DNA of 64,000 nt from Nitrospirota bacterium (lineage in GTDB: Bacteria; Nitrospirota; UBA9217): the NCBI GenBank assembly GCA_963796285.1, contig CAWCKW010000012.1, positions 1,728,001 to 1,792,000 on the forward strand, read 5' to 3'. This document shows positions 54,436 through 63,452 of the stretch, piece by piece (positions within the stretch are counted from its first letter, which is position 1; every line of letters starts with the position of its first letter). Under the pieces are notes generated by a model. It had not been told where the DNA came from and searched no databases. It was given only the letters and a program-made list of their open reading frames with translations. The translations under genes and the position numbers were made by a program.

Positions 54436-54746
54436 GGGCGTTGCCGGACCATCACCGACTAGGTGTAGAGATGATAACCCGTTTTGAGGGGAATCAAGCA
54501 CCGTGCTGGATGGAGAGCCGAGACCAGAAAGAAGGCTGCAAGTTGAGCTGTCGTTCACTGGTTGTTTCATAGGCTGCTGTAAAGCACGGAAGAGCCGAAA
54601 GCCCCGAAGCCGAAGGAGATGGCGGGAAGAAAGGTACAATGAGCTTCACAGGGTCTGCTGAGCAGAGCCATAGAAGCACCCATTGGAATCCCCGCAGAGG
54701 CTCCCCGGCTCAACGGAATATCAGTAACGGTCCGCAGGCAACGCCT
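54436..54746 (+). ncRNA. Unclassified ~310-nt structured non-coding RNA
   Basis: The 5' and 3' ends pair (GGCGTTGCC/GGCAACGCC, GGACC/GGTCC) and about ten further nested helices are visible. A U-tract follows. No credible ORF overlaps it. Confidence 0.7.
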
Positions 54747-54876
54747 TTTTTATTTCTCAAAGTATCCACTGCAGTAACCTCGCCCCCTATACGGAAATCG
54801 TCTCTATCGCACACTATCTTCCTCTCGACAAAATAGAAAAAATAATTTAAACTGCTTCTTCATAAGGAGACCAGGT

Positions 54877-55269
54877 ATGAACCATGCCATGGACGTTAAG
54901 ATCTATTACGAGGACACGGATTGCGGCGGAGTTGTGTACTACGCCAACTATCTTCGCTATATGGAACGGGCGCGGACCGAGTACCTGGCATCCAGGGGCT
55001 ACGAGGTCAAAAAACTGATGGACGAGGGCACGATCTTCATGGTGCTCCGCGTCGAGATCGACTACAGATCTCCGGCACGGTACGGCGATACGATCGAGAT
55101 CGAGACCAGGGTGTCGGAGGTCTCGCGCGTCACCATGATCTTTCATCACACCATGAAGGAAAAAACATCGGGCAGGGTGTTCGTTGAGTGCATGGCCAAG
55201 CTTGTCTACGTAGACCCCACTGGCAGACCCAAGCGCCTGCCTGACGAGTATGTGGAAAAAGTGAAGTGA
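54877..55269 (+). CDS. YbgC/FadM-family acyl-CoA thioesterase
   Basis: YYEDTDCGGVVYYANYLRYMERAR hot-dog fold motif. Confidence 0.92.
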   Translation: MNHAMDVKIYYEDTDCGGVVYYANYLRYMERARTEYLASRGYEVKKLMDEGTIFMVLRVEIDYRSPARYGDTIEIETRVSEVSRVTMIFHHTMKEKTSGRVFVECMAKLVYVDPTGRPKRLPDEYVEKVK

Positions 55270-55384
55270 CGTTGTCTCTCGCAATGGCCAAGAAGAGGGC
55301 CACATTGTGACGCAAGGGACGAGAAGTTGTTAAACCAAAGCCTCATCCTCTTCTGTTCGGGCATTGCGAATAAAAATACTTGTC

Positions 55385-56116
55385 ATGACTTCCATAACCC
55401 TTGACAGCATCTCGCTCCGCAAAACCGGCATCGTGAGCATCGTCCAGCCAAAAAAAGGCTTCCGCTTTACGCTGGACAGCCTCCTCCTCGCGGATTTTTG
55501 CCGCATTAAACCTCGCGACCGTATACTTGAACCGGGCGCGGGAACCGGGATAATCTCGCTTTTGCTTGCACGAAAATTCCCCGGGGCACGGTTCGTTGCC
55601 GATGAGGTCGAATCACGGACATTCACGCTCCTCTGCCAAAATATCGAAGACAATCGGCTTGTCGAAGCTATCACACCCCTTGACCGGGACATACGATCTC
55701 TGGGCCGATCGATCGCGCCGGACTCCTTCGATGTCCTCATTGCCAACCCGCCCTATACCAAAGGAGGTACCGGCAGAAAAAGCCCCTTCCTTGAACGACA
55801 AACCGCGCGGCAGGACCAGACCGCATCTCTTCCTTGCTGGCTCGACCTCCAAACCTTATTAAAGAACAAGGGCAGGTACTTCCTCGTCTTTCCCGCAAGC
55901 CGCTCAGCGGAATTGATGTCTTTATTGCGGGAAAGAGGACTAGAACCAAAACGCCTTCGGTCTGTGCATCCCTTTCAGACCAAACCTGCCTCACTCGTTT
56001 TGATCGAAGCGATAAAGACCAAAGGGGTTGGTCTTGATATTCTGCCACCATTGATCATTCATGAAAAGGGTGGCGGTTATACGGAAGAGATGCAGGACAT
56101 TTATGGATTGGGATGA
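55385..56116 (+). CDS. tRNA1(Val) A37 N6-methyltransferase family (YfiC-like)
   Basis: QPKKGFRFTLDSLLL, EPGAGTG and NPPY motifs. Confidence 0.88.
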   Translation: MTSITLDSISLRKTGIVSIVQPKKGFRFTLDSLLLADFCRIKPRDRILEPGAGTGIISLLLARKFPGARFVADEVESRTFTLLCQNIEDNRLVEAITPLDRDIRSLGRSIAPDSFDVLIANPPYTKGGTGRKSPFLERQTARQDQTASLPCWLDLQTLLKNKGRYFLVFPASRSAELMSLLRERGLEPKRLRSVHPFQTKPASLVLIEAIKTKGVGLDILPPLIIHEKGGGYTEEMQDIYGLG

Positions 56117-56448
56117 TGACGCTCATCTGGAGCGCGGCAAGAGCATGGGCGGAACAGGTCAAAAACGCAGACAAAGAAGGCCCTTGTAAAAGTACTTATT
56201 TCCCCAGGTAATCGCAAATATCAATCATTTTATGCCTTTGTTTTCAATGCGTTACTAAATCAGGGTAACATTTTCGGCTATTAATGTATGTTAGCATTGG
56301 GCTCAAAGACCCAAACAAAGGTTGCTTTTGTTAAAAAAAAATGCAATAATATAACTAATAATTCTTTAGATTAACGAGAATGGCCGCAAAGACAGGCGTC
56401 TTAGCGGCTTTTCCATTAGGTGAAATTCGGCTTCCGGAAAGGGACATC

Positions 56449-56835
56449 ATGTCGCTCAAGCAAAATTACAAGGAAAAATTGGAACTGAAAAAAAACGCCA
56501 TGATCGCTGCCGGTCTGATTTCCGAACGCTTTCCCGCGGTTTCAAATATCATGTTTCGCATGACCTATTATCAGAAAACAGCAGACCCGATCCTGATGAC
56601 TCGCACCATAAGCTTCAATCCCGGTAATTACGCCTGTTTTCACCTGGAATGCATGCGGGAAGAATGCACTGACGGCGGTTTTGACCTGGCGCCGGTGGTT
56701 GCAGGGCTGGTTAAACACAACAAGAAATCCGTATCAGGAAAGATCGTTTGCAGCGGGAAAAATGAGGACGTCCGACACGGCCATGCGAGCATCGCCTATG
56801 AGGTCAGTGTTCAGTACAACAAGCATACCAAATAG
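56449..56835 (+). CDS. Hypothetical protein with possible metal-binding Cys/His residues
   Basis: 128-aa ORF with an SD-like GAAAGGGA and an upstream AT-rich promoter region; C-x4-C-x2-GGFDL...C...H pattern. Confidence 0.7.
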   Translation: MSLKQNYKEKLELKKNAMIAAGLISERFPAVSNIMFRMTYYQKTADPILMTRTISFNPGNYACFHLECMREECTDGGFDLAPVVAGLVKHNKKSVSGKIVCSGKNEDVRHGHASIAYEVSVQYNKHTK

Positions 56836-56983
56836 GGAGCCTCCCCTCCCGCAACATACCCAATAATCGAATCTCCTCCTTCCCGCGCTCAAAATCCCTG
56901 AACGTTGGACCGCGTACTTTTCCCCGTTCTCTCTTGACATTCAGCTTTTCTTTGCCTATTCTCTGTGAAGCAATCCGATAACG

Positions 56984-58099
56984 ATGCCGATCATTAAACA
57001 CATACCCACGATTGTCATATTGATCGCCCTCCACCAGTCCCCGTTCGCCTGGGCGGAAGGTGAAGATACGTCCCCTCCGACGTCGCCCCCTCAGCAAAAT
57101 GGAGTGCAGCTTTTGCGGGAACAGCCTTCGGAAGAAGCGACACCGTATTCGTCGGCGCCGCTTTTCGAAAAAATACTATCATCGCCAACGGATACATTGT
57201 CGATCCCGCAAGAAGACGGCAAGGAATTGGGTTTGGTGGATATGCTTCACCACGAAATTTCCCAGAGACTTCTAACGACCGCAGTCTGGCTCGATTCGTT
57301 TTTCGAAGACGAACGGGTGGTGAAAGAGGAAAACCATTCGTACATACGGGCCCGCTATGATGTCTTTCAGGAAGAGAGGGCCAGGGCGACGTACAGAGGA
57401 CCAACCTTCAATGTACGTCTGGCGCTCCCCCAATTAGAGCATAAAGCGCACCTCGTCGTCTCGGCCGAGTCGCCCGAACCTGCCACAACCACCCCTGCTC
57501 CGGCGGGTACCAGCAGCAGCAACCGGATCTCGCCCACCGATGAGCGGAATGTTACCACGGCGCTCAATTACATTCTCCGGGCCACCGAGGAGCAGAGTTC
57601 CATTGTGAGGACCGGCGCGCAGTTCAGTCATGGGTCGCCCGTACTGTTCATCGCGCCGCGGTACCGGCATTTTATCCCGCTTACCACGTGGGATTTCCGG
57701 TTCACCCAGGAGGCTGTTTGGAAGACAGACACCAAGTGGCAGATGGACACACTCTTCGATCTCGAGCGGCAGCTCCCGCACGGGTTTTTTTTTCGGACGA
57801 GCGCCGGCGGGACTTGGATAGATGGCACCAATGGTTATTTCTACAGCCTCAATTTCTCGCTGCGCCAGATGATCGATCCAAAGCACGCTCTGGACTACGC
57901 GTGGATCAACAGCTACCAAACAAGACCGGTCTACGAACTGGTGGAAATCCTCGTCAGTATCCGGTACCGCCAGAACCTCTGGAGGGATTGGTTCTTCTTC
58001 GAGGTGGCCCCCCAGTTACGGTTCCCCCGGTCCGGAAACTTCGACGGCATTCCCGGGATCCTGTTCAGATTTGAAATGTATTTCGGGCAAAAGGCATAG
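56984..58099 (+). CDS. Exported protein, probable outer-membrane beta-barrel
   Basis: Signal peptide (AWA), WLDSFF, alternating aromatic beta strands, C-terminal FRFEMYFG. Confidence 0.7.
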   Translation: MPIIKHIPTIVILIALHQSPFAWAEGEDTSPPTSPPQQNGVQLLREQPSEEATPYSSAPLFEKILSSPTDTLSIPQEDGKELGLVDMLHHEISQRLLTTAVWLDSFFEDERVVKEENHSYIRARYDVFQEERARATYRGPTFNVRLALPQLEHKAHLVVSAESPEPATTTPAPAGTSSSNRISPTDERNVTTALNYILRATEEQSSIVRTGAQFSHGSPVLFIAPRYRHFIPLTTWDFRFTQEAVWKTDTKWQMDTLFDLERQLPHGFFFRTSAGGTWIDGTNGYFYSLNFSLRQMIDPKHALDYAWINSYQTRPVYELVEILVSIRYRQNLWRDWFFFEVAPQLRFPRSGNFDGIPGILFRFEMYFGQKA

Positions 58100-58250
58100 A
58101 AGAGATCGGGGAGATGAAAATAATTGCGATTTGGAATCCGGAACACGTATTAGAGGATAGATCGAAAAGCGGATGAAGATGCAACAGTGCTTGTTACCAT
58201 CAGAACCCTCGCTGCCAACCAGACAAAGAAGCACTGCCCGATCGGCTCCA

Positions 58251-59048
58251 TTACCCTATCTGAAAGCACCTCATAGAGATCGAGCCGTATTGAAACCCTT
58301 CGTAGATGAATGTAAGAGGTTCATTCTTTTCCCGCAGGGCAATGGCATAGATCATGGGGAGATAATGGTCCAGGGTCGGTACGGCAAGGGCCGCTGCCTT
58401 TCCCAGGGTCGGATAGTTGATCAATCTATGGTGGTCTTCACGGATCAAGTTCTCTTTCACTCGTTCATCGAACTCAACGGCCCAGTCAAACGGATTCGCA
58501 TCGATGTTCGTGAAATCGAACATGCTGAGATTATGCACGATGTTTCCGCTCCCGATGATCAGTACACCCCGGTTTCGCAATTCAGAAAGCTCGGCCGCAA
58601 GATCATAGTGATACTGGAGCGGTTTCGGGTCCCATTCATTAAAGGTATAATCAAGGCTCAGTTGGAACACCGGGATATCGGCACGAGGATACAGGTGTTT
58701 CAGAATTGCCCAGGCCCCGTGGTCCAGCCCCCGGCTAGTATCGCACGTTACCGCTGCTTGCTTTAGCGTTTCTGTTACAAACGCCGCTTCTCCAGAAGCA
58801 CCACGGCAGGGGTAAACCACGTCATACAGCTCTTCGGCAAATCCATAAAAATCGTAAATGGTCTCCGGTTTCTCCATGCACCCCACAAACGTGCCCTTCG
58901 TGAGCCAGTGCGCGGAGATGACCATGATTGCTTTTGGCTGCGGCAGACGTCTCCCCACAGCAGCCAAGCTTCGCGTAAAGCTGTTGTCCAGAATGATGTT
59001 CAGCGGCGATCCATGCCCGATAAAGAGCACCGGCATTTTATTCTTCAT
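58251..59048 (-). CDS. ygiD: 4,5-DOPA extradiol dioxygenase family (YgiD/LigB)
   Basis: FIGHGSP, ISAHW, GLDHGAW, GSGNIVHNL and PTLDHYLP motifs. Confidence 0.92.
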   Translation of the reverse strand: MKNKMPVLFIGHGSPLNIILDNSFTRSLAAVGRRLPQPKAIMVISAHWLTKGTFVGCMEKPETIYDFYGFAEELYDVVYPCRGASGEAAFVTETLKQAAVTCDTSRGLDHGAWAILKHLYPRADIPVFQLSLDYTFNEWDPKPLQYHYDLAAELSELRNRGVLIIGSGNIVHNLSMFDFTNIDANPFDWAVEFDERVKENLIREDHHRLINYPTLGKAAALAVPTLDHYLPMIYAIALREKNEPLTFIYEGFQYGSISMRCFQIG

Positions 59049-59415
59049 AGTTCCTTTACCTCTAACTAGCAGCTGAAATTGTTCTCACACAAGTTCAAAG
59101 CACGCAACGATAATGCGGATGTCGTCATTGTGGAAGATCTCCGCACCGGAGCAGCCGCACACCGTTGCTGCCGAGGCTCTAAGAGGCCCTGTCTGTATAG
59201 GTTAAGATGATGAGGGGAAGCGGTACCGTCGTATAGTCGCTGTCTCCGACCGATTTCTTGAAATTAAATGACCCGGTGCCGATGATCCTGTGGAGATCGA
59301 AAAGCGCAATGCGCTCCGGGAACGGCACGTCTGCGGCCATGTAGTCGTCGATCAGATCACCTGCACTATCCACGAAGGCCTTTCTGCAGGCCGGTTCAGG
59401 AGTGGTCTCTCGGGA

Positions 59416-59880
59416 TCAGTGGCTTTTAAAGTCGATGATGTTATGGACCCACTTCACGAGGTCGGTTTTATCCTTCGGTGAGCCATCGACCCGATAGAGC
59501 TCCACGCCATTTTTGTACAGGATAAAAGTCGGCGTTTTCTCGACCTTAAAGCGCTGCGTAAGATATTCATCCGTATCAGTATCGATCTTCAGGACCTTGA
59601 GCTTTCCCGCTTTTTCACGGGCAAGCCCGGTCACTACGGGATCGATTATCTTGCTATGGACGCACATCGATGCGGTAAATTCGATAAGGAGCGTTTCCGG
59701 CCAGGTTGCAACCACGCGGTCGAAGGTTCCCCGTTTTGCCCATACGGGTTCCTGCGGGATATCGAGAACCGACTTGCACGTTCCGCAAAGTGGCTTGTTT
59801 TCGAGTTTCCGCTTTTCCAACGGGACCCGGTTCAGTTGACGGCAGGTATCGCACCGGATAATGGCTGAATCATCTGACAT
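59416..59880 (-). CDS. TrxC-like zinc-finger thioredoxin with a degenerate CxxS active site
   Basis: CDTC..LNRVP...CGTC N-terminus, thioredoxin fold with MCVHS in place of WCGPC, cis-Pro motif TPT. Confidence 0.85.
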   Translation of the reverse strand: MSDDSAIIRCDTCRQLNRVPLEKRKLENKPLCGTCKSVLDIPQEPVWAKRGTFDRVVATWPETLLIEFTASMCVHSKIIDPVVTGLAREKAGKLKVLKIDTDTDEYLTQRFKVEKTPTFILYKNGVELYRVDGSPKDKTDLVKWVHNIIDFKSH

Positions 59881-59931
59881 CGTTGCACTCCAGAGACCTC
59901 ACCGGTCCGCATTCAAGACACCCGTCCGTCA

Positions 59932-60454
59932 TCAAGCCTCGCCCTTTTGCCCGATGAAGTGATCGCTTTTTTCCTGAAAGAGAATGTTGAACGTCGTGAG
60001 CGAGCCGTATATGCGGGTGATGTACTGCTGCAGTTCCACCTTTTCATTGTCCGTGAGGACCTTGTGACCGTTGATCTGAGCTTCCATGACCCGCAGCCGG
60101 TCGCGCACCATCACGATCTTGTGAAAGAACACCTCGATGGGCATGCTCTTTGACGCAAGTTTCGGATCTCCGGGCTTGAGGAGCATCTCTCCTCCCTTCC
60201 AGCGGGCGCCCAATTCAATCTGCGGCAGATCTTCCCGGCTGACCTCGAACACCGCAAGCTTCACCATATCGTAGGCAGCCATCTCGGCGTCGGTCAGCAC
60301 CAGAAGTTCCTCCGCCGCCACCACGGTCCTCTTGTCAGTACGGGAAAAATGGACGGTGCACTGCTGATCGTCCCCCACTCCCAACGTCTCCTTGACGCGA
60401 CCGATGCCAAATTCGCTCATGATGCACCAGATCGCCCTGTATCATCGTACCCAT
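59932..60454 (-). CDS. Hypothetical protein (probable frameshift at the 5' end)
   Basis: SH3/Tudor-like FGIG N-terminus and FFHKIVMVRDRLRVME...QQYITRIYGSLTTFN; GGAGG RBS before the ATG at 60454. Confidence 0.7.
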
Positions 60455-60470
60455 AACAAGCCTCCCAAAC

Positions 60471-60628
60471 CCGGACAAGCCCCATTAGAGGCGAATGACT
60501 CTAAAGCGGGGCAAGCCGGAACCAAAACCTTTTTTGCCACAGAGTACATCGAGGTCACAGACGGAAAATGAACGGCAAATCTTTTAGCTATAAAATTACT
60601 TTTATCCTTTCTCTGTGTGCTCTGTGGC
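60471..60628. repeat. Composite element: CCGGACAAGCCGGAACCAA motif (interrupted) plus a 9-nt-period hairpin
   Basis: Motif copies also at 35538, 47452 and 50103 (reverse); gccacagag...ctctgtgtgctctgtggc. Confidence 0.7.
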
Positions 60629-60673
60629 AGATTTATTCCGTCCCGGTTTGGAAAAATTTTATTTCATAACTTT

Positions 60674-61321
60674 CTAAAAAGCGTACTTCTGAAGTTTCTC
60701 CAGAACCTTGATATGGAGAAGTTCCGAAGGAATGATGCGGAGCTCAAGCAGTTCCCGGTTTACATCATTCAAGCTGGTCGGTTGGGCAGCGGCCACAAAA
60801 TAGGTCCCATATCTTATTGCAAGCTGGGGCTCTGCAATAAACAGCGCGTCCTGAAGAAACCCGACCATGCGCTGCACTTTCATCCGCTCCGCGGCATAGG
60901 CTATCCAGGTACCGCTTGAAGGGAACCGTCCGATGATCAGGACAAGGCTGATATCAGACCTTGTCTGGTCATCCTCCATGAGCAATAAAAAAATACGGGC
61001 AAGCTTCTTTAAATCGGCCTGTGCCGAGGCCTTCAGGGCGCCGTCCTCCGCGAACAGGAACGACCTCTCGATGAGAACGGAACTCCCTTTTACCCTGAAG
61101 CCCTTGAGCGATTCCGCACCGAATTCTTGCTGAAAGATCTGTTTGATGTTCTTGGAGAACTCGTTACGGGGCTGGGAAATGGCGAGGGCCGGCTCCAGAA
61201 ACCGCTGGATCTTGACTGCCCGATAGTAGAGCAGTGCGCTCAGAAGAACCAGGCCGATCAGCAAGAGGCTGAAAACCGGTCCGACCGACGGCACGTATTT
61301 CCAGAAGGACTTGGTCTTCAT
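60674..61321 (-). CDS. Single-TM protein with a degenerate OmpA/MotB-like periplasmic domain
   Basis: One N-terminal TM, then LFAEDGALKASAQADLKKLA...VLIIG...NRELLELRI; its start overlaps the response regulator stop (ATGA). Confidence 0.55.
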   Translation of the reverse strand: MKTKSFWKYVPSVGPVFSLLLIGLVLLSALLYYRAVKIQRFLEPALAISQPRNEFSKNIKQIFQQEFGAESLKGFRVKGSSVLIERSFLFAEDGALKASAQADLKKLARIFLLLMEDDQTRSDISLVLIIGRFPSSGTWIAYAAERMKVQRMVGFLQDALFIAEPQLAIRYGTYFVAAAQPTSLNDVNRELLELRIIPSELLHIKVLEKLQKYAF

Positions 61322-62208
61322 GGCACCGTTTCCTCAAGTCGGTCCAGCTTTTTTATCGCGGTCTTGAAATCCGCTTCAGAGATATTTGCCGGATTGTGAA
61401 TGGCCTTGTTCCGCAATCCCAGAAGGTCGCTGAACAGTTCTTTCTTCAGGTGGCTGATGCGGCGGCTCTGGTCCATCTCTTTCAGGCAGTCGGAAAGGAT
61501 CGGGAAGGTCCGCCCGATCACAGCGGACGTGTAGGACATCAGACGCTTCTCCAGATGATATCCCAGCAGGAGGGCGGCAACGACCTGCTCGCCGGTCCGG
61601 TAATGCTCCAATGCCTGGTCGACCGACATGCCTCCTTTGACGATACGGATGTTTTCCTTTGACTCGATCTCGCCGGGCGCCAGGAGCTGTATCTTCTGGT
61701 AGACCTCCAGGCACTTATCGAGCATGTTCTTTTCGAGATACGATTCAGCAAGGAGAAAGAGCTCCCGGATGCCGTCAACACCCTCCCGCTGCTTGACCGC
61801 AAATTCATAGGCGCGGCGGATGGCTTCGGCCTTGTCGTCCTTCTTGTCAAGCACATCGAAATGCCTGGCCCACCGCTTGCCTTTCAGCACATTGTCCTTT
61901 GTAAAGCGGAAGAGGCGCTCTGAAACCTCTCGTTTGTCGAGCTTGCCGCTGATGATGATAATGTTCAGCGTCGGATGGGTCTCGAAGAGCTCCGGCAGGA
62001 TATCGATGCCCTCGTCCATCCGGTCGAACTCGATATCGAGCGTCATGAGGTCGATGATCTGCGACGTCAGGATCCGGAGGGCCTCCCGTATGCTGACAGC
62101 CTCGTAAAACCGGAGGTCGGGCGACTCATCCTTGAGTGCACGTTGAATTTCGAGTTTCAGAAGTTCCCGGTCCTCGAAGTCGTCGTCGGCGATAAGCACT
62201 TTAAACAT
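61318..62208 (-). CDS. Response regulator: REC + TPR + HEPN-like C-terminal domain
   Basis: ADDD, DLMTLD, IISG and DK receiver residues; TPR-like LAESYLEK..KCLEVYQKI; C-terminal LGYHLEKRL...RNKAIH. Confidence 0.8.
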   Translation of the reverse strand: MFKVLIADDDFEDRELLKLEIQRALKDESPDLRFYEAVSIREALRILTSQIIDLMTLDIEFDRMDEGIDILPELFETHPTLNIIIISGKLDKREVSERLFRFTKDNVLKGKRWARHFDVLDKKDDKAEAIRRAYEFAVKQREGVDGIRELFLLAESYLEKNMLDKCLEVYQKIQLLAPGEIESKENIRIVKGGMSVDQALEHYRTGEQVVAALLLGYHLEKRLMSYTSAVIGRTFPILSDCLKEMDQSRRISHLKKELFSDLLGLRNKAIHNPANISEADFKTAIKKLDRLEETVP

Positions 62209-63235
62209 CGGAAGCCTCCTCGACAAAGGGGAAATTAATGATCACTTCCGTGCCGACCCCCGGAGCAGTATATCCCTTGCCGATCTTGATCTTCCCGGCA
62301 TGGAGGCCGATGACGTACTTGGCATAATAAAGCCCCTGTCCCCATCCCTCTCCGGTTGTCCTGCCCTTATAAAAACACTGGTCAGCCTGCTGCTCATCCA
62401 TACCGAGCCCCTCGTCCCGGAACGAGATCGTCACGTAGCGCCTGGTGCCGTCCTTGTCCGTTGAGCAGGAGAGCTCGATCCGTGCCCGGGGCTGCTCCGG
62501 TTTCTTATACTTGATGGAGTTGTCGATCAAATTCTCGAACACCGTCTTGAGCAGCGGCGGGGCCGCATAGATCATAGGTATGATTGCGTGTTCGTGAACT
62601 GTGATATCAACGAGGTCGCTGTAATGCGTCGTGAGATCCCCGAGCATTGCCTTGATGTTGATATTTTTGAAATCGACCAAACCCGCTTCGCGCTTATCGG
62701 AGATCTTTTTAAAGATATCGATATCGGCAAACAGCTTGTCCAGGTTATCATCGATGCGTTCTTGAGCATCCAGCGGCAGACCGGGAAGCAGGTCGATCCT
62801 TCGTTTTATTCGTCCGAGGTTATTTTTGAATTCATGCCCGATCGTCGCCGAGATATAGCGGATAAATTCGTTCCGCCGCGCGATCTCCTGATTTTTTAGA
62901 ACAAGCAGCATGTTTTCACGGGCCCTCCGTTGTTTTTGCTGGTAAACGACGGACAGGTACATGCTGAGAATGGCAAAAGAAATGATCGTAACTACAAAAG
63001 CGTAACGAGAGACCCTGTTGGAATCGTTGAGCTGCCCCTGCATGATTGAAAGACGCTGATCGATGCCGGCATCGGGAGGGACCGGTCCCTTCCACGGCAT
63101 CAGGCGCAGTTCAAGCCGGTTAAGGGGAGGGAGGAACCGTTCTGTATACACCATACCCAGAAGAAGCCAGACCACGACCAGAAGGACCATCAGCGTCAGG
63201 GCCTTTATTTTGTGAGGAATATCGGAATCGATCAT
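62201..63235 (-). CDS. Membrane histidine kinase
   Basis: Two TMs, H-box IGHEFKNNL, N-box ENLIDNSIKY, DEGLGM and GWGQGL motifs. Confidence 0.92.
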   Translation of the reverse strand: MIDSDIPHKIKALTLMVLLVVVWLLLGMVYTERFLPPLNRLELRLMPWKGPVPPDAGIDQRLSIMQGQLNDSNRVSRYAFVVTIISFAILSMYLSVVYQQKQRRARENMLLVLKNQEIARRNEFIRYISATIGHEFKNNLGRIKRRIDLLPGLPLDAQERIDDNLDKLFADIDIFKKISDKREAGLVDFKNINIKAMLGDLTTHYSDLVDITVHEHAIIPMIYAAPPLLKTVFENLIDNSIKYKKPEQPRARIELSCSTDKDGTRRYVTISFRDEGLGMDEQQADQCFYKGRTTGEGWGQGLYYAKYVIGLHAGKIKIGKGYTAPGVGTEVIINFPFVEEASDV

Positions 63236-63452
63236 ACTGGATAATTTATTACAAAATGCCGGATATTACAACAAGAAAAGCCCAGTCAAAGTCTTTCACA
63301 TGGATAACAGCGGCTGATACCTATGAAAAAATATGATTCTTCATAATCAAAGCAGTGTCAACGATGTTGACATTTTTTCCCCCCAATGTGGGTAGCATGT
63401 GACTCAAACGAATGTCTGTGCTGCTTCTTTTTACAAAGGAATGCGGAAGTTG

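Noticed and set aside
54436-54746. Identification of the structured RNA as RNase P, tmRNA, SRP RNA, a T-box or a group II intron
   Set aside because: It has no GAGGAAAGUCC/P4 pairing, no tRNA-like ends or tag ORF, no CAGG-N3-GNRA-N3-AGCAG helix 8, no T-box consensus on the trpE/pabB strand, and no GUGCG start or domain V hairpin.
59060-59400. 64-aa ORF 59179..59373 as a gene
   Set aside because: No RBS or recognisable motif. It may be a gene fragment, but the evidence is insufficient.
60674-61321. Zorya defence system
   Set aside because: There is no ZorA/MotA-like gene, and the TM helix lacks the conserved Asp of MotB/ZorB. Only a loose fold resemblance is claimed.
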